A stretch of DNA of 59,448 bases, the filler included, from Sphacelaria rigidula (lineage: Eukaryota): assembly GCA_964200075.2 (NCBI GenBank). It is 5 parts of 5 records of this genome, joined end to end, with 100 filler letters (N's around TTAATTAATTAA, not from the genome) between each part and the next. Parts side by side here need not be neighbours in the genome. Positions count along the whole stretch, not along the records: positions 35,733 to 47,541 come from CAXNAA020004473.1; positions 47,642 to 59,448 come from CAXNAA020004474.1; 3 more parts are not named here. One strand, given 5' to 3'. The number at the start of each line of letters is the position of its first letter. Positions within the stretch are counted from its first letter, which is position 1. A program made the translations under genes and the position numbers. The notes below the pieces were generated by a model. That model searched no databases. It saw nothing but the letters and a program-made list of their open reading frames with translations, and was not told the origin of the DNA. Of this stretch, positions 35,733 to 49,649 are shown in pieces.

Positions 35733-38700
35733 GTTACGGTAGAGGTAGACACCTGGTAGACACATTCGCTGTCTACCCTCATAACCCATTTTGATCATTC
35801 CCAATCAACCATAAATCATATAGCCAAAAATTAGGTGTTTGAGCATCTTCGGTACACTGTGTCTGTCTGTTCAGTACTGCGCCCGAGCGTTGTACCAGCT
35901 CCACACCTCCATCTGGTATTAAACGTCATGGCGCAACACGCGAGCGGCGGCCACGAGTACCCGACGCACGTAGATGTAGACAAGTAGTTCGACGGTGAGG
36001 CGTCCGTCATCGCCGAGCAATTACTCTACGGTAGTCAGGGGCGTTCGCGGCTGTAGTCATGGTGCGATATCCAAACGCATGCTTCGTACACTCGGCACGT
36101 TCAACACTGTAAGATTCAGTACGCTGCAGACCGCAAGGGCAGCCGCGACACGATACACTGCAGACTGCACAACAAAATATGAGGCGTAATAATCAGGTGG
36201 TCAACAACCACACCACCGTCTGTGTTACTACGCAACTATGTGCCTCTTATGCACTCCCGATCCCTTCCGCCGTGGAGTAGGCGTTTCGAGCTGTGATAAA
36301 GGAATGCTTCTGAACCCAAAACGTGTAGTGTCCACCTCAGTCTACCAGCGGGGGGGTCGCTGTCTGAGGGTTAAGACAGGGCCTGAACGAGTTTGCACGC
36401 TTCGGATCGAAAAGGCTGAAAGAAATTCTCGAAGAGGTACCTGTTTACTTGGATTCATTACAAGAAGCAGTACAGAGCGTACAGACAGTACGTGCTTGCT
36501 GCCTGTGCGCAGTGTGTTTCGCACGGCATGCAGGTGCGATGCGCAAGAGAAGCAGGCAATGTGACATACAGACGACAGTGCACACAGGAGGATGCGAAGC
36601 AGATTTCGATCACGTGCAGAATTACCCTGCCTCTACTGCACTTTTCATGCGCCTATTAGCAATTCGGTCGCCCCCCCAAACAGGCAACTCCGTCAGTGGA
36701 CCCCACCAGAAAATCAGATGCCCAAGTTTTCGCGAACAAGAAAAAAACACGTCACGCCAAAAGGGTTGTGGTGACGGTTCCCTCTCACTGCAGTGTATGT
36801 ATCCTGTGCTCAGCCCGTGATCAATGCTGCAGGGTTGAGTTGGTAGCTGCGAATGAACCACGTGGGTTTTGCATCGTTCCGTGAAAGGGTGGTATGTGGC
36901 TTGGTTGTCTGCAACATAGAAGTCACGTGCCTCTTCGTTCATTTCCGCCGCTCGTTTCGTTCGAAGAAGCTACTCGTACTCGTGACTTTTCTCATGTTTT
37001 TGACCCTGCCCGTCGCGCGTTTATAAGTATGAAATGAACTTGAAGCCCTCTGGAAACACAAATGCTGTGGACGTATCTGATAAGGCCTCGAAGCGACCAA
37101 TTTGATTCGACCGCATGTTTTCAAGTTGAAAAAAGATGATAAGGCACGGCCTGAGGGTATGAAAGTGTCGGGTACGGTAGATACCCGGGGAAATACCCCG
37201 GGTATGCAGAAAATCGTACCCTACGGAGCACAACGTTGCAAACGTACTGTGTGCCGGAGAGCCGCTACAACGCGCTCAACACGCATGTCGGGCGATGGAA
37301 TCTTGGGCCGATGCACTCGAAAAGTGATAAATGCTGCAAAACATTGTTCTGACCGTAGGCATTCTACTGTTGTCGCCTACAAAAACCATCCTTCAGAAAA
37401 TTCGCGGGACTGTCGGCGAGTATGATCTCGGAATAGAGAGTATCGGAGTCCGAAGATTCACCGTATGGTACAGTATATTAAGCACACTCGTGAGGTACAA
37501 GAATAGGTGCAACAGCTGGCAACAGTGCAGAAAACAGTTGTACAACTGTCTGCAAAGTACGGTTAGCAAATAATCCATCAAGCACCCATCAGTTAGAGCT
37601 GTACTAACGGTCCTGTCAGTGTTTTCGAAACAAGCCTTAGACGGTGTTTCTGGCCCGAAAGAACGGTCAATGACATTCAACAATTTGAATGTCTCCACCA
37701 TTACCCCCACACTATGCAGTACCATACATCATTTTGGACACAACTCAGATTACATGTTTTCTCCGTCCGCAAGAACACCTCGCTCACCCCTTGCTCCGGT
37801 CCAACCTTGTATCCCACATAGCCAAGTCGCCCTGAATGTGCCAACCCTGCAACGGTGAATGACAAAGCCAGACAGTTAACGCAGACAGCACATGTTCCCC
37901 AGAGGACGCGTTCCACACCCCTCTCGCGATTGCAAGAAGCAGGAGTTGAAACTTGCGCATGAGCATGCGCCGCACATGCATATTCGTTCCTTGACAGATG
38001 ACCACATAAGTTTTGGTGAAAAAAGCGGTCTTCTCCGTCCCACGCAATCTCGCTGCCATCATCAGCTGTGTCCGACTATACACGTGGTTGCATACCTTCC
38101 AATTCGATCCTCGATCGCTTGCAAGCTTTCATGTCCGCGGTCCAGCTGTCCCTTGCGTCTTATCAGCTCTTAGATCGAGATCGCTAGTGCCCTTCTGTAT
38201 GTTTTGCTGCTATTGCACAGAGCAATCGTCCTTCGCCCACCAGTAGTGCCAGCTTCACTGAGGATTCAGTGAAATGCCAATATTAAAGCAATAAAGCTCC
38301 CTCAACTTCGCACGCAAGTCTCTGGCTAGCTTGGTAGGTAAAAAGCCGTGGTCAAGGCCCTATGTGGACTAGTCTCTGATCTTCTGTAATCTGTAATCTG
38401 TACTCCAATACTCGTATACGAGGAGAATAACCATATATCGCGTACAAAACGGCCATTATTCAATGAAGATTAAAGATACGAATTTGAGAACACCCGCGCG
38501 CAGTGTCACGTTGTACTTTGACCAATCAAAATCTCGATCCTACTTGAAGTAGAGAAATGTATCAGTTTTAGTGAGATATCCACTAGTCACTTGCGTTTAG
38601 TGCAGCGGGTCCCCACACCCACTTTCAGAGGAAGTTGAAATTGAGACACCTCACCATCTCAGTCGTGCCGTCGTGCAGTGTGTATCCACAGCACCGAGCG

Positions 38701-38968
38701 TTGACGCGTGTTTTTTCGTCGCTACAAATCGAAGCGAATCAATTGTCTAGATTTCGGTGTTGGCTACATCGTCAGAAAGAAGGAGTTTACACATCAACGC
38801 GCGCCACACGGCCACAGTAGTACAGTACACGGGCTCCCACGTCGCAAGCGCAAGACACCATCACACCAAAGTGGCAACTAAGACCCAGCTACTTGAACCA
38901 AGAGCTTTGGTGTTTGATTCTGCTGGGTAGAAGGTGACGGCGCGAGTGCAGTGTCGCGAGATATAGAG

Positions 38969-41900
38969 ATGGCTCCGCAAGATAGCACAGGCAGCGGCGC
39001 GATGGCCGCTCAAAACATCGCGTCCTACCGAGTGCCACCTGTCTACCACACGAGCGAGCCCAAGAGGATGCGCGTTTCGCCAAACGCTGACAGCGACGGC
39101 GGAGGCGGCGCTGGTGTCGGCGCAGGACGGTCGCCGTCGGGTAGCAGTAGCAGCAGTATCAACTCAAAATTCACCCGTGCAGCGACGGGCGTGCCGTCTT
39201 TGATGACGAACAAGGGGTCCGTCTATAAAGCTCAGCGAGGAAAAGGTGCGTCGTTGTGTCACGAGTGAAGCAGATGGCCAGTCTGTCTTATATCTACAGG
39301 GTGCCTCTTCGGCCGCAGATACGGCTCGAGCCAATAACGACAGGCAGTTTCGGTTGCTTTGATGTCATAGATCTTGGAGTTTTTCTTGTCAACTTCTGGT
39401 GTTCGTCCTCTCTGTCTCTATTCTGTAGTGCTCCGGAGATGTCGCTAGTGCAATGTCATCCATTTTCAATCGCCATTCCGCCTCCGTAGGCCTTTGTCCC
39501 GATAAACCCGGAACGCTGCCACCACTTCACTATGCGTGGGGATGAATTCCCTATTCGTTTTCGATCCCCGAAGTTGGCAATCTCGAGGGATGGTCTCGTT
39601 TCCCTTCCAATCCACGCGACATGTTTTGATGCTCGGAGTTGGTCTTTCCAATCATGAGTTAGCAGGCCGAGCCTCAACAGCGTACCGCCGATCTGTTGTT
39701 TGGTGTGACCTTGACCCACAAAAATCTGGCTCTGTCTAATGTAATTTTTCGCCCCCGTGGAAAAAAAAACTACGATAATTTTTTTGCATAGCCAACAGCC
39801 AACGCTCATCCTGTTGCGAGCGTCAACTGAACTCTATCCTGAACACTACCCGAAGTCAAGGATCTGGGTGATTGGACGTGCTACGCGCAATCGCAGCTGA
39901 AGCCCTGCAGTGATCGTTCCTGTCTGTCCCTACGGAAAGGGTGACTTCTTCCTCTGGAAATGATAATTCGGGGTACGCACAAACTGGCCCTTTCTTGAAC
40001 TCATGAAACGCGACGAAATTGTAAGAGTTGAAAAAAAAAATCAACAGGTGCCAAACGTCGATAGTATACTGTACTGTGTATAGTATAATCCTGGAACGAA
40101 AAATGCAGTCATGGCCAGACCGGCCCCGCCGCAGTTGCCTGCATTTTTTTGTGGGTATTTTTTCATTTTTCCAAGAATCGGACGCACGGTTACCACACAC
40201 AAGACATAAATACTTCCCCACGAGGTTGCTCGAGCACCCTCGACTGTTGCAACTACAGAAGTTGACACGTCACTTCTTGCCCTCCTCACGACCCGTTTTG
40301 CTACTGGGCTCGAGCCTTTCCTTTTTCCGTTACAAGGACGACGATGAAACCGTTGGTTAACCGGAGTCGCCTTTGGTGACACCGTGAGATCCTTCCATCA
40401 CTTCGTTTTTTCTTGGCGATGCCCCCCCACCTCTCAAGTTATTACCCCCGTTGTTCTCTTGCTTGAACCCGAAACACGCATTCGAGAACAGCCGTGACCG
40501 CAGCTATGGTGAAGGCGAAAGCACCTACGACACACCGAAGGCGAGGCCGAAAGGGGAAGTCGGTCTACCGAGGCGTGTGCGTGACTCGAGAAGGGAAGTG
40601 GCGTGCTGTCATCTACAAGGAACGCAAGCAGGTGATTTGGTTCTCATGTTATATTTCAACTCACCACACCAGGGATAAGATTCATCCATCGTGTTGATGA
40701 ACTCGACCTCTCCCGACAGTGTTGGAAAACAAGTTCACTGCTTACAGACGGGAGAGCACAGCTGTCTCCGTGACCACTTGAAGTTTAATCTCTGGTACAG
40801 TATATGTTTATCGGAAAGCCCGGATTCGGCAACTACCTTCCGTTGGGTGTAACACTCCAGACTCGGGCGCCGATGTGGAGAAGAATCGCGCATGCTTTCC
40901 GTCTACACGTGTCCAAGAAGTCTGATCATGTTTTTCACCATCAGTGCCCATCGCCGGTCCAACGTGGTCTCTCATGTCAGTTCACTCTAATCACTCCATT
41001 TGAAAAACCCTAAACGGGTCTACCAAAAGAGCCTACCCCTCTCTTTCGTAGATCCTCTTTCGATTTTATTATCGGCTGTTGACAACAAGGAAGTTGCTCG
41101 GAATTTTGTCGTGGGTGCTGGGTGTATGGAATTCCACATGTGTTCGGCCCTGCCTGTGTGAGTAAGCAAAGGGGCCTAAATCTCGTGCGCCTGCACTAAA
41201 AAGTAAGAAGGCCAGTTTGATGATCGATGTGCGATGGCCGTAGCACCAACCCAAACACACCCACCACCATCTTGTTTGTATCTGGTCGAAATGTCGTGTC
41301 GTGTCACGGGGCGACGAGGACACAGCTACGACCCCGCACATTCTGTTACATCAGCTGTTAGTCCTGCAGTTTTTTTCCGTGTTTTGTATGTGCCACCAAG
41401 TCATGTAATCTCTGACCTTTCCGTCCTGGCCCATGGCAGTGGTCTCACCTTCCCTTCTCGAAGACTTCACACTCGCAGCAACAATTCGTGTACACAAATT
41501 TTGCATTTTTTCAATTGAAAGGAAAGGAGGTTTATTTATCGGCGCTAACCGTAGACGGCACATTCAGCAGCCCCTAGTCCGAATGTCACAGCTTTGCCCG
41601 CCTTTTCAGAGATGAGTAGGTGAGTGTCCTTGGTGTGGGGACCAAGTATAGCAGACCGCACCGACTTTGTTACAACTTTGACTTGGCTCTGTAGTTTCTT
41701 CACAAAAGCTGTCGGTGGGCCCGGTGGTCGTTATGAGTTGCACATGTCCCCTGCCTCCACTGGATCACCTTTCAGCAGGTGTAGAATACGGTGTAGGTTT
41801 TTTTTTTTCCGTATGTTCCGTCGTGCATGTGGTGAGACTTTTTGGATTTGGTCACAAGGGTCAAGGGTTTGGTTGAAGAAGCGGACACGACGCCGGGAAG

Positions 41901-44239
41901 GGGTTTGTCGCTCTCGTTTAGTAGAGAGATTTTTACATGATGTGGAGCAGAAACACGGTTTAGAACAGCTAGGCTCTCTCCCACGCGTAGTTCGGTATAA
42001 TCCCCCCAACTTGAAAATACACCCCGTTACTTGAACCTCGGGTAATTTCTGTAACCTCTTCGTGATGTGGCGCTCCACCCCCAGTTATCGCTCTGCGCAT
42101 CCCCAGCCAGTTGAATTCGGTCACTACTCATCGTGGGCGCGGCCTCGTGCTGCGACGCGTCGTAGGTTCCGCCGACGCTCTCATCCCTGCCGTGCTGGTC
42201 CTGTAGTATCCGTTTGGCTAGGTCTTCTTCACTTGTTACCCACTGCATAGTACCCACTGTTGTCTCTTTTCACCTATATCAGGGGTATCAATGTTATAAT
42301 TCTCCGGTCGAGAACAGGTTAGAAAACGGTGGGTTCGATCTGTGAGCCGACTTGCCCTTGACCCCAAATCGGCCACAAAAAATCCATGTCTCACACATAC
42401 CTGTCTCACCTCTGTTGGAGCCAGATTCAAAATCTCGACGAACACCAACCATACACAAGCCCCCCCTGGCGAAGCAGGCGCAAGTGATGCCTTATACAAA
42501 AAGTGATGAGCGTTGGCTCATGAAATAGGTTTCGGGATTCCATTGGTTGGTGATACGGGACCTCTGTTCATTTTTCGAATCAATACCGATGCCAATTTGG
42601 TGGATGCCCGACTGTGCGCGAGGGACGAGATATAATGTGTGCTGTACACTCTGAGTGCATGATGGACAACGCCTGGGATGCGAACTCCCCGAATGTCCGA
42701 GTGTGATATATAAATCCAACCGTCGAACTTTTATCGATTCGTGTACACTCACTTCACCGAACTGCCCTTCCCCCTCCGGAGGGTTGGCCATCCAACGATG
42801 TTTTGTAGTAATCGTTATGATCGTGATGGGTACTGTTGGTAGCTTTCGCTCGCACACGGGCTGACCGCATTGAATCGGGACGGAATTACTCAACGTGTGG
42901 TACCGTGTTCACCGCTGCTGCACTTGTACACAGTACCAACACTGTGGACGGCCTCAATCCATTCAACAGCACATCTTGTCCCGGAATAATCGGTACCCCA
43001 TCGTCCCTCGCTCCGTTCACAATACAGCTGTATCTTGGCGTGTACGAGTCCGAGGTCGACGCCGCCAAGGCGCACGACAGGGCGGCCAGGTTCCACTTCG
43101 CCGAAAACGCGGTGTGCAACTTCGATAACGAGCACGAGGCCGACAGGCAGGCGCTGCTCCACAAGCAACGCCAGCTCGTGGAGCAGCACCAAGTTGCAGA
43201 AGAGCGGGCGCACCAGATTGCTCTTCACGGCGGGGGGTTCGTCGCCGGGCGGGAAGAATTCGACGATCTCGAGGAATACCACCGCGGGCTCGAGATGGAA
43301 GGTGCGTCGTGCTCGGAAGAAGGAGAGGGGGAGGGGGAGGGGGGAGGGGATGCAGACGGAGAAGGGGAGGAAGAGACGGAAGAAGACATGCCGACGTTCG
43401 GGGAGACGCGCTCTAGCCGCTCGCTGTCCACGTCATCCGCGACGTCGCTGTCGAGTGGATCGATGATGTCTGCTGATGATGCTGCTCCTGCTGGAGGTAG
43501 CGGCGTGAACGCGGCGGAACAAGAAGCCAGACCACACCAACAGCAACATCGCCACCAACAGGAGCAGCGATCGGCTGCGTTGAGCAGCAGCTGGGGTGGC
43601 GGTGGTGGCGTGGTTGGTAACGGCAACAACCAACATAACATGAGTTACCAGCTGGCAGAGCAGTACCATAGCGGCGTGATGGCGACCGCGGTAGCAGCGG
43701 CGGCGGCCGCCGGACCTACTAATTCTGCGCCATCTTCCGGCAGAGTGTCCATCGGAGCGGGTCTGCACTACGACGGCAGCGTCAACTTACACGGCCAAGG
43801 CGGTGGGGCTAGTCAGCACCATCACCACCGAGGGATGAGTACCGGAAGCGCGGGCGACAGTGACAGTGACTTCACTCCCGTGTCGGCTTTCTTCCAAGAC
43901 TTGGAGCCTACGCCCCTGGAAGGGATGGGCTTCCCCTACGCCGAGAATTTGCTGGGATACGAAATGCAATCATGGTATAACTGCCACGACAACGACTTGA
44001 GCCCCACCAACGGTGGTGGACTGTCCGAGTTTGTGGACTCTGAACCTCTTATTACGCCGCAGCAGCAGCCACAACGGGGGGGCATGGGAGTTGGGTGGGG
44101 ATTCAGCGATTTCGGGCAACCGACGAGGCAGGGTAGCAACAGCAGCGTGACGTCTGCGGTCAGCGGTTTTTCCACCTCAGATGAAGATTACGTGCCGTCG
44201 GCTCTGCCCCCACTCATGGGCATGTGCGCCGATCCCTGA
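38969..44239 (+). CDS. AP2/ERF-domain transcription factor, 542 aa. Exons 38969-39245, 40492-40631, 43028-44239
   Basis: GT-AG introns of phase 1 and 0. Spliced domain KSVYRGVCVTREGKWRAVIYKERKQ|LYLGVYESEVDAAKAHDRAARFHFAENAVCNF has the YRG, W.A.I, LG.Y/F, AA.A.D.AA and NF hallmarks. A basic RRRGRKGK stretch precedes it and acidic and Q/G/S-rich regions follow. Confidence 0.92.
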
Positions 44240-44374
44240 GAAGGGTGGGTGGAGGAATGTTGTCGAGGGTAGGCAACGTTGGGTACGGTTGAGAGCGGGT
44301 CAGGTGAAGTCGGACATACGGATTGGTTGGTCGGATGCGCCTCAAGTTTTGGTTATATTCGCAGTACAGTTGTG

Positions 44375-44570
44375 TTTTGTCGTGTACTTTTGTGGTTTCC
44401 CTTGAATCTTGCACGAATTTATCAAGCTCTTTTCTTCCTTCGATGTTAAAAAGTTGTTGAGCTCCTCGCTTCTCTTTTGTTGTGTATTTTTTTGGTTCCC
44501 CTTGTATCTTGCGCGAATTTATTAAGCTCTTTTCTTCCTGCAGTGTTGGAAAGTCGTTTAGCTCCTCGCC
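44375..44570. repeat. Diverged 100-bp tandem duplication in the probable 3' UTR of the AP2 gene
   Basis: ttttgt.gtgta.ttt...cccttg.atcttgc.cgaatttat.aagctcttttcttcct...agctcctcgc starts at 44375 and at 44475. Confidence 0.85.
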
Positions 44571-47541
44571 TCATTCTCGGTGTACCCGGACTGCGCGGAG
44601 TTTTTTTTTTTCAATCTTTATCCCGGCCTTGATGTCCGCGTGTGGGTGATGTCCCAGTCCTTGTTTTCTGGCTACGCGTTGACACAATTGATACCTCTCT
44701 CGTGCGATCCGTACTATCGTGGTTTTTTAGATCGCTGTTGAAAAATTAAGAGGCAGCTCGGCTTGTGCGTTCGCGACTACTAGACGCGTATCGCATGCCC
44801 AGCACGTCCTCACCCCCCAACCACCACCACCGCCCCCACACATGACGTAACTGCCGCGAGGGGGGGTCACTTATGTCCGCGTACTTGTAAAAGGGTTTGA
44901 CATTCTGTTCCTTCTGTGTGCATTCGGGAGCGGTCGCAGCCGTGTGATGCGATAGTTTCCTCGAGACTCCGTCCAGTTTTGTGTTGCTTTTTTATTAAGT
45001 TTTGGTACATACTTTACAGTTCAGGCGTGCAAATCCAGTGACGAGTTGTATCCCAGTATCATCGAACTTTTGCATGCGAAAACACCCTTGTGATGGTTGT
45101 TTCTGATTTACGTTGGTTTAGTTTTTATATCACCCGAAGATGATTGATAACCGCGTGTTCAGACTGGGCTCTCCGTGGGCACGCCGTCCGTTTCCCCTCC
45201 CCCCCTCTTCCCGCCGATACACTCCATCTCTCTCTTGCCCCCCTTCCCGTTGATCCATCCCCATAGCATCATAGTTATCGTTACATGAGTCGGGAAGAGG
45301 GAGGAAGTAGAGACTTCTACATTTCATCAATGCAGAAACGGAGGAGTTCTCTCTTCTTTATTTGTCAAGAACACTCACGTTGATGATGGTGGATCCTGCG
45401 CCCCATCTTCGACGCCTAGGTTTTTAGTCGCTGGTATTGCTTATCAAGCAAGCAGTAGATCCATCGCTACATTAGGTAGCTAGCTTCGAGATTTTCGGTC
45501 TCAGTGTGATGAAACGTGCGCGACGGTGGAGGATTGGTGAGGAGAGACCGGCTTTCGATTGGCTTCGCCTCCGCCCACCCTCTGCTCTGCCTCTGCCCAC
45601 CTGGCGGCGCCCAGTCGTTAGTGTGAGCAATTCGCAGTGAACTAACTGCACGTATTTTCACTCATGTCGTTGGTTTCGTTGGTTCACACCTCGCTCATGT
45701 TTTGTTCGGTGGGTTTATCGTTAATCCACTTGTCGCTGGGAGTGCGGGAAGGGAAGGGAAGGGCAGTAGTAGAGGGTGGGACATGGACGCGCTCAACAGT
45801 TGACTGGTGTAGGTTCCTCTGTCATTGATCCATCACCCCCCCTCCTCCCCCCAATTGGACTACCCAGCCGCTTTGCAATGCCGATAGTCCAACAGTAATC
45901 GCCTTGTATTGTGTAAATGAATGAAGCGGTTTCGCTTACATATCGTGCATGTTTGTGGGCGTTGAACGCGAAGCCGACGGAGTACTCGCGTATTGAGGCG
46001 AACTTCGTGCAGCGCTTTTGAGTGCGCTCGCCCAGAGGCGGGGGTGGATGCAAGCATTACGTTGTGCATGAAAACAACCGCCAAACAGCACTGGATAAGA
46101 GGACGTGCGACTCGCGATAAGCGAAGGAAGGGGGGCGAGATATTTACAGGAGACATGCTCTTCTATTATGTTGTTTCGGTTTGATTTGTTTCTATACTAG
46201 CATGTGCCGTTGTAGTGTCTCGTCTTTATTTTATTTTCTTCCTGTATAATGTATTGTGTGTGCGTTTCTTTGTGGTGGATATTGTCGTATGGTTTGCTAT
46301 TTTGGTAGATTTCTCTTCCCGAGGTGCAAGGGACCAAAGAGCTGATGGATCATGACACCGTTGTCCCTTCTCCCGCATCCCGTTGATGGTGTACTTTAGT
46401 TCGACGGGATGTGTAGTCCGTCCTTGCGTGTCTCTAAGAAGTTCGGATGACGATCTTGTCCGGAGCGGCGGCGATGGACTTTACTCGAGCTTTGGCGGGA
46501 TCTGTTGGGTTGCGTTTGTTGTATGTGAGGAGTGCATATAGGGCTTTTACAGCACAAGTGCAGGCGGGAGTAACCGAGGGTGATGGCGATGCAACACTGG
46601 GATAATGAAGAAGGGGGGAAGGGTAGGAAGAGGTGCTGTCCTCGGGCGGCAAGGTCGTCGTAGGTCACGTAATCATCTTCCCACCCACCCTCAACAGGGC
46701 CGGCCATATGTAATGGTAAACTTTTCCGCTTCCGGCGGATGGTTGCGTGTCGTCCTGACCTGAAAATGCTCTCATGAGGAAGGCTGGGTTGAGGAAAGAT
46801 GGATGTGGCGTTTGGGCTTCTGTGCATCATGTAATATCGAGTTTCCGACGCAGTGTTAGATAGTGAGATTTAGGTATGATGATTCATGGTTGTGAGGGGG
46901 GGCTCCGGCAGTAGGCGTTCCCTGGTGCTCCCTCTCTTCTTTTTCTTTACTTTGTTTTGTTTTGCATGGCAATATAGATTCCCTCTATTGCTGTCATCAT
47001 TGGTGGACTTTTTGTGTGCTCTTTGTCCTACACCTGGATATGCAAACATATTTTCTGACCTGCAGCGTTGCACGAATGACCCAAGCGCATGTAGTCGTGA
47101 TTTGGGTATATTATTATAGCCTAGCGACAACAGAGGCAGGATATTGAGGGCACGCGGGTCTCCCATCACACCGCCATGTTTTCCCCCAGGCATCAAGGCC
47201 TTTTGTCCTTTGTATGTGGACGGCTAGAGACTACAACTAGACGGAAGAGGTGGGAAAGGAGAAAATACAAGGGTAGATGCACGCATGAGATCGGTCTTCT
47301 TTCTCTCCGAGGGGAAGCTGAGGTGATTCCGCCGGGTTTGAGGCAAAAAAAAGGGCGAAGGAGGGAGAAGCTCGATCATTTGTGGGTACTTTACCAAGAG
47401 AAAATTCATCATTATTTGTCGGATGATTCTCTCTCTTTAATGCCCGTTTGCAGATTCCCTCCCCCCCCCCCCCCCCCCCACCTTGGTTTTAGGGGGAAGG
47501 GGGGAAGGGAAAAAAAAGGACAATTTTGGGGGTGGTGGCAC

Positions 47542-47641
47542 NNNNNNNNNNNNNNNNNNNNNNNNNNNNNNNNNNNNNNNNNNNNTTAATTAATTAANNN
47601 NNNNNNNNNNNNNNNNNNNNNNNNNNNNNNNNNNNNNNNNN
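47542..47641. other. Artificial scaffold linker N44-TTAATTAATTAA-N44
   Basis: Same 100-bp spacer. Confidence 0.97.
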
Positions 47642-47662
47642 AGCGAATGATCAAAGCCACTG

Positions 47663-47968
47663 TCAATCGTATCATCTACTCTCAATCTCACGAAAACACT
47701 GTTAACGGTGGAATATGGTAATATTGTGACCATTGCAAATCGTTCTAACCTCTTCGGGCCCGGACTCCCCACAGTGGCATGTTCGTGGCACCTATGCCCA
47801 CCATCGTGTGCTTGATGCTTTTTCATGTGCAGATAATATGCGTATGAACTTGAAGATTCTAGGTTCAAGGACGTCGGAGAGCTCATTATAAATATTTGCT
47901 CGTCGGATTGCTGACTCCTCCACTCGAAACAACGTTTTCGTGAGATCGAGAGTAGAGGATACGATTGA
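47663..47968. mobile_element. MITE-like element with ~50-bp imperfect inverted termini
   Basis: tcaatcgtatcatctactctcaatctcacgaaaac pairs with gttttcgtgagatcgagagtagaggatacgattga. Confidence 0.6.
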
Positions 47969-49649
47969 GATTGGAAAGCGGCCAACTAGTGAATAAATTG
48001 TTTCAGTTCCGAAATGCCCCTCCCCGCGGCTCAATATGCTTTCTGTAGTAGCTCGCCACTGAGGACGGATGTTATGGCGAACAGATTTTTGGCCCACGGA
48101 TTGTTCACCTTTGGGACGTTTGACCCACCTCTTGACCCTCAAGTCAAGAAAACCGACAACACACGTCTCGGACACTTTGCATCACCCCACAGAGAGGAGC
48201 CTAGTCCGCTTTTCAGATTCGCTTGGCTCCGAGGTTTCGAGATTGGTCCCTTAAAAAAAATTGTGTGCAAAAATCTGTGCTTGCCGACCTCCGCCAGTTT
48301 GGCCAAACTGATACATAGAGTGTACAGCTCAACATTCCACGGTACTGGCGCACAAGCACGCTGGTTTCTAGACTTTACGGTACAACAGTACAATGAGTAG
48401 TACAGCGCAGTGCCGGGGTGGTCCAGCAGGGTACATAGATACTCGCGAGGAAACTATTATACAAGGGTACAAGTACCGGGCGTGCACTTTGCCAACATAG
48501 TACGAGGTGATGAAGTTGAAAGCACAGGCTGATATTTGCAAACGCAGTACATTGCAAGTTGCAAGCTATACTCGTAACCTCGTACGACTGTACTTGAAAG
48601 TACAAAGTACAGTTGTACACTGCAAGCACAGTAGTACGAAGTTGCAGGTACAGGCTGTACTCGTGAACATAGACCGGGCGAAGTTGATGTACTCAGCAAG
48701 CACATTGGTGTAAGGTTACATACAGGTTGTACCCGCGAACACAGTGGGAGGTTGCTGCACTCAGCAAATACAACCATTGGTCCGCGACAACAGGAGGCAG
48801 GCTCGCATTTAGCGGCGGTGATGTCGGCAGTCTTGACTGTAAGGTTCAAGGCTAGATGCGGATGCACGTACATGGTAGTGCATGCAGATGCAGCGGATGT
48901 GACTACTGCCTGCTCTACGGTACACGTGCAGGCTTGACCTTGCAAACGGCCGTAATGGTCCCAGATTCAAACCAAGTGGGCTTCCGAATAAAAAAAAACG
49001 AGGCAGGATCGGTCGTATAAAATGTGTGAGTGGTTTTTTATTCCCCTCCATGTGAAGGGAAATAATCATTTCGCCCAAAAGTAAGGCTACCAGACGAAGA
49101 CCAGGACGACCGCGAGGATTGACGTCACAATAGGCGTTCTCCTTCTCCTACGCCGCAAACGATCGCCGTAGGCCCAGTAAGCATCTCTACGCAGTCCACC
49201 GGCGACGCCACCCACACCACAACTCATGACTCCGGATCCAGGCGCAGCCCACAAAAGATCTACGGATCAAACGTGGCTGATCGTCGACCGTGATTAGACA
49301 CGTCGCGCTCACGTCGCGCGCGCGGCGGAAAAATCGACCCGAGAGGACGGACTGTTGTTCCTGGAGGAATATTCCCGGAAAGGAGCGGAAGGATCCATGG
49401 TTATTCTCGGAACTATCGAGGGCTATATGGTCCCGTCGCGTTTGTGGACACGTGTAGACTTGTGGGCTACCCTGGTACAGTAGTGGTGAACCCTATTCTA
49501 TGCCGATTATTATATGCCAGAAAAATTCATGCCATTTTTTTTCAGGATCCACGAGAAATGTTATTTTTATGCAGTTTTTTCTCGGGCTTCAGTACACGGC
49601 ATATAGTCTGGTTCCATGCCGGTTCAGCATAAAACCTGGCGTCTAACTT

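Noticed and set aside
42836-43027. N-terminal 64 aa of the 467-aa ORF
   Set aside because: Intronic sequence upstream of the acAG acceptor at 43027.
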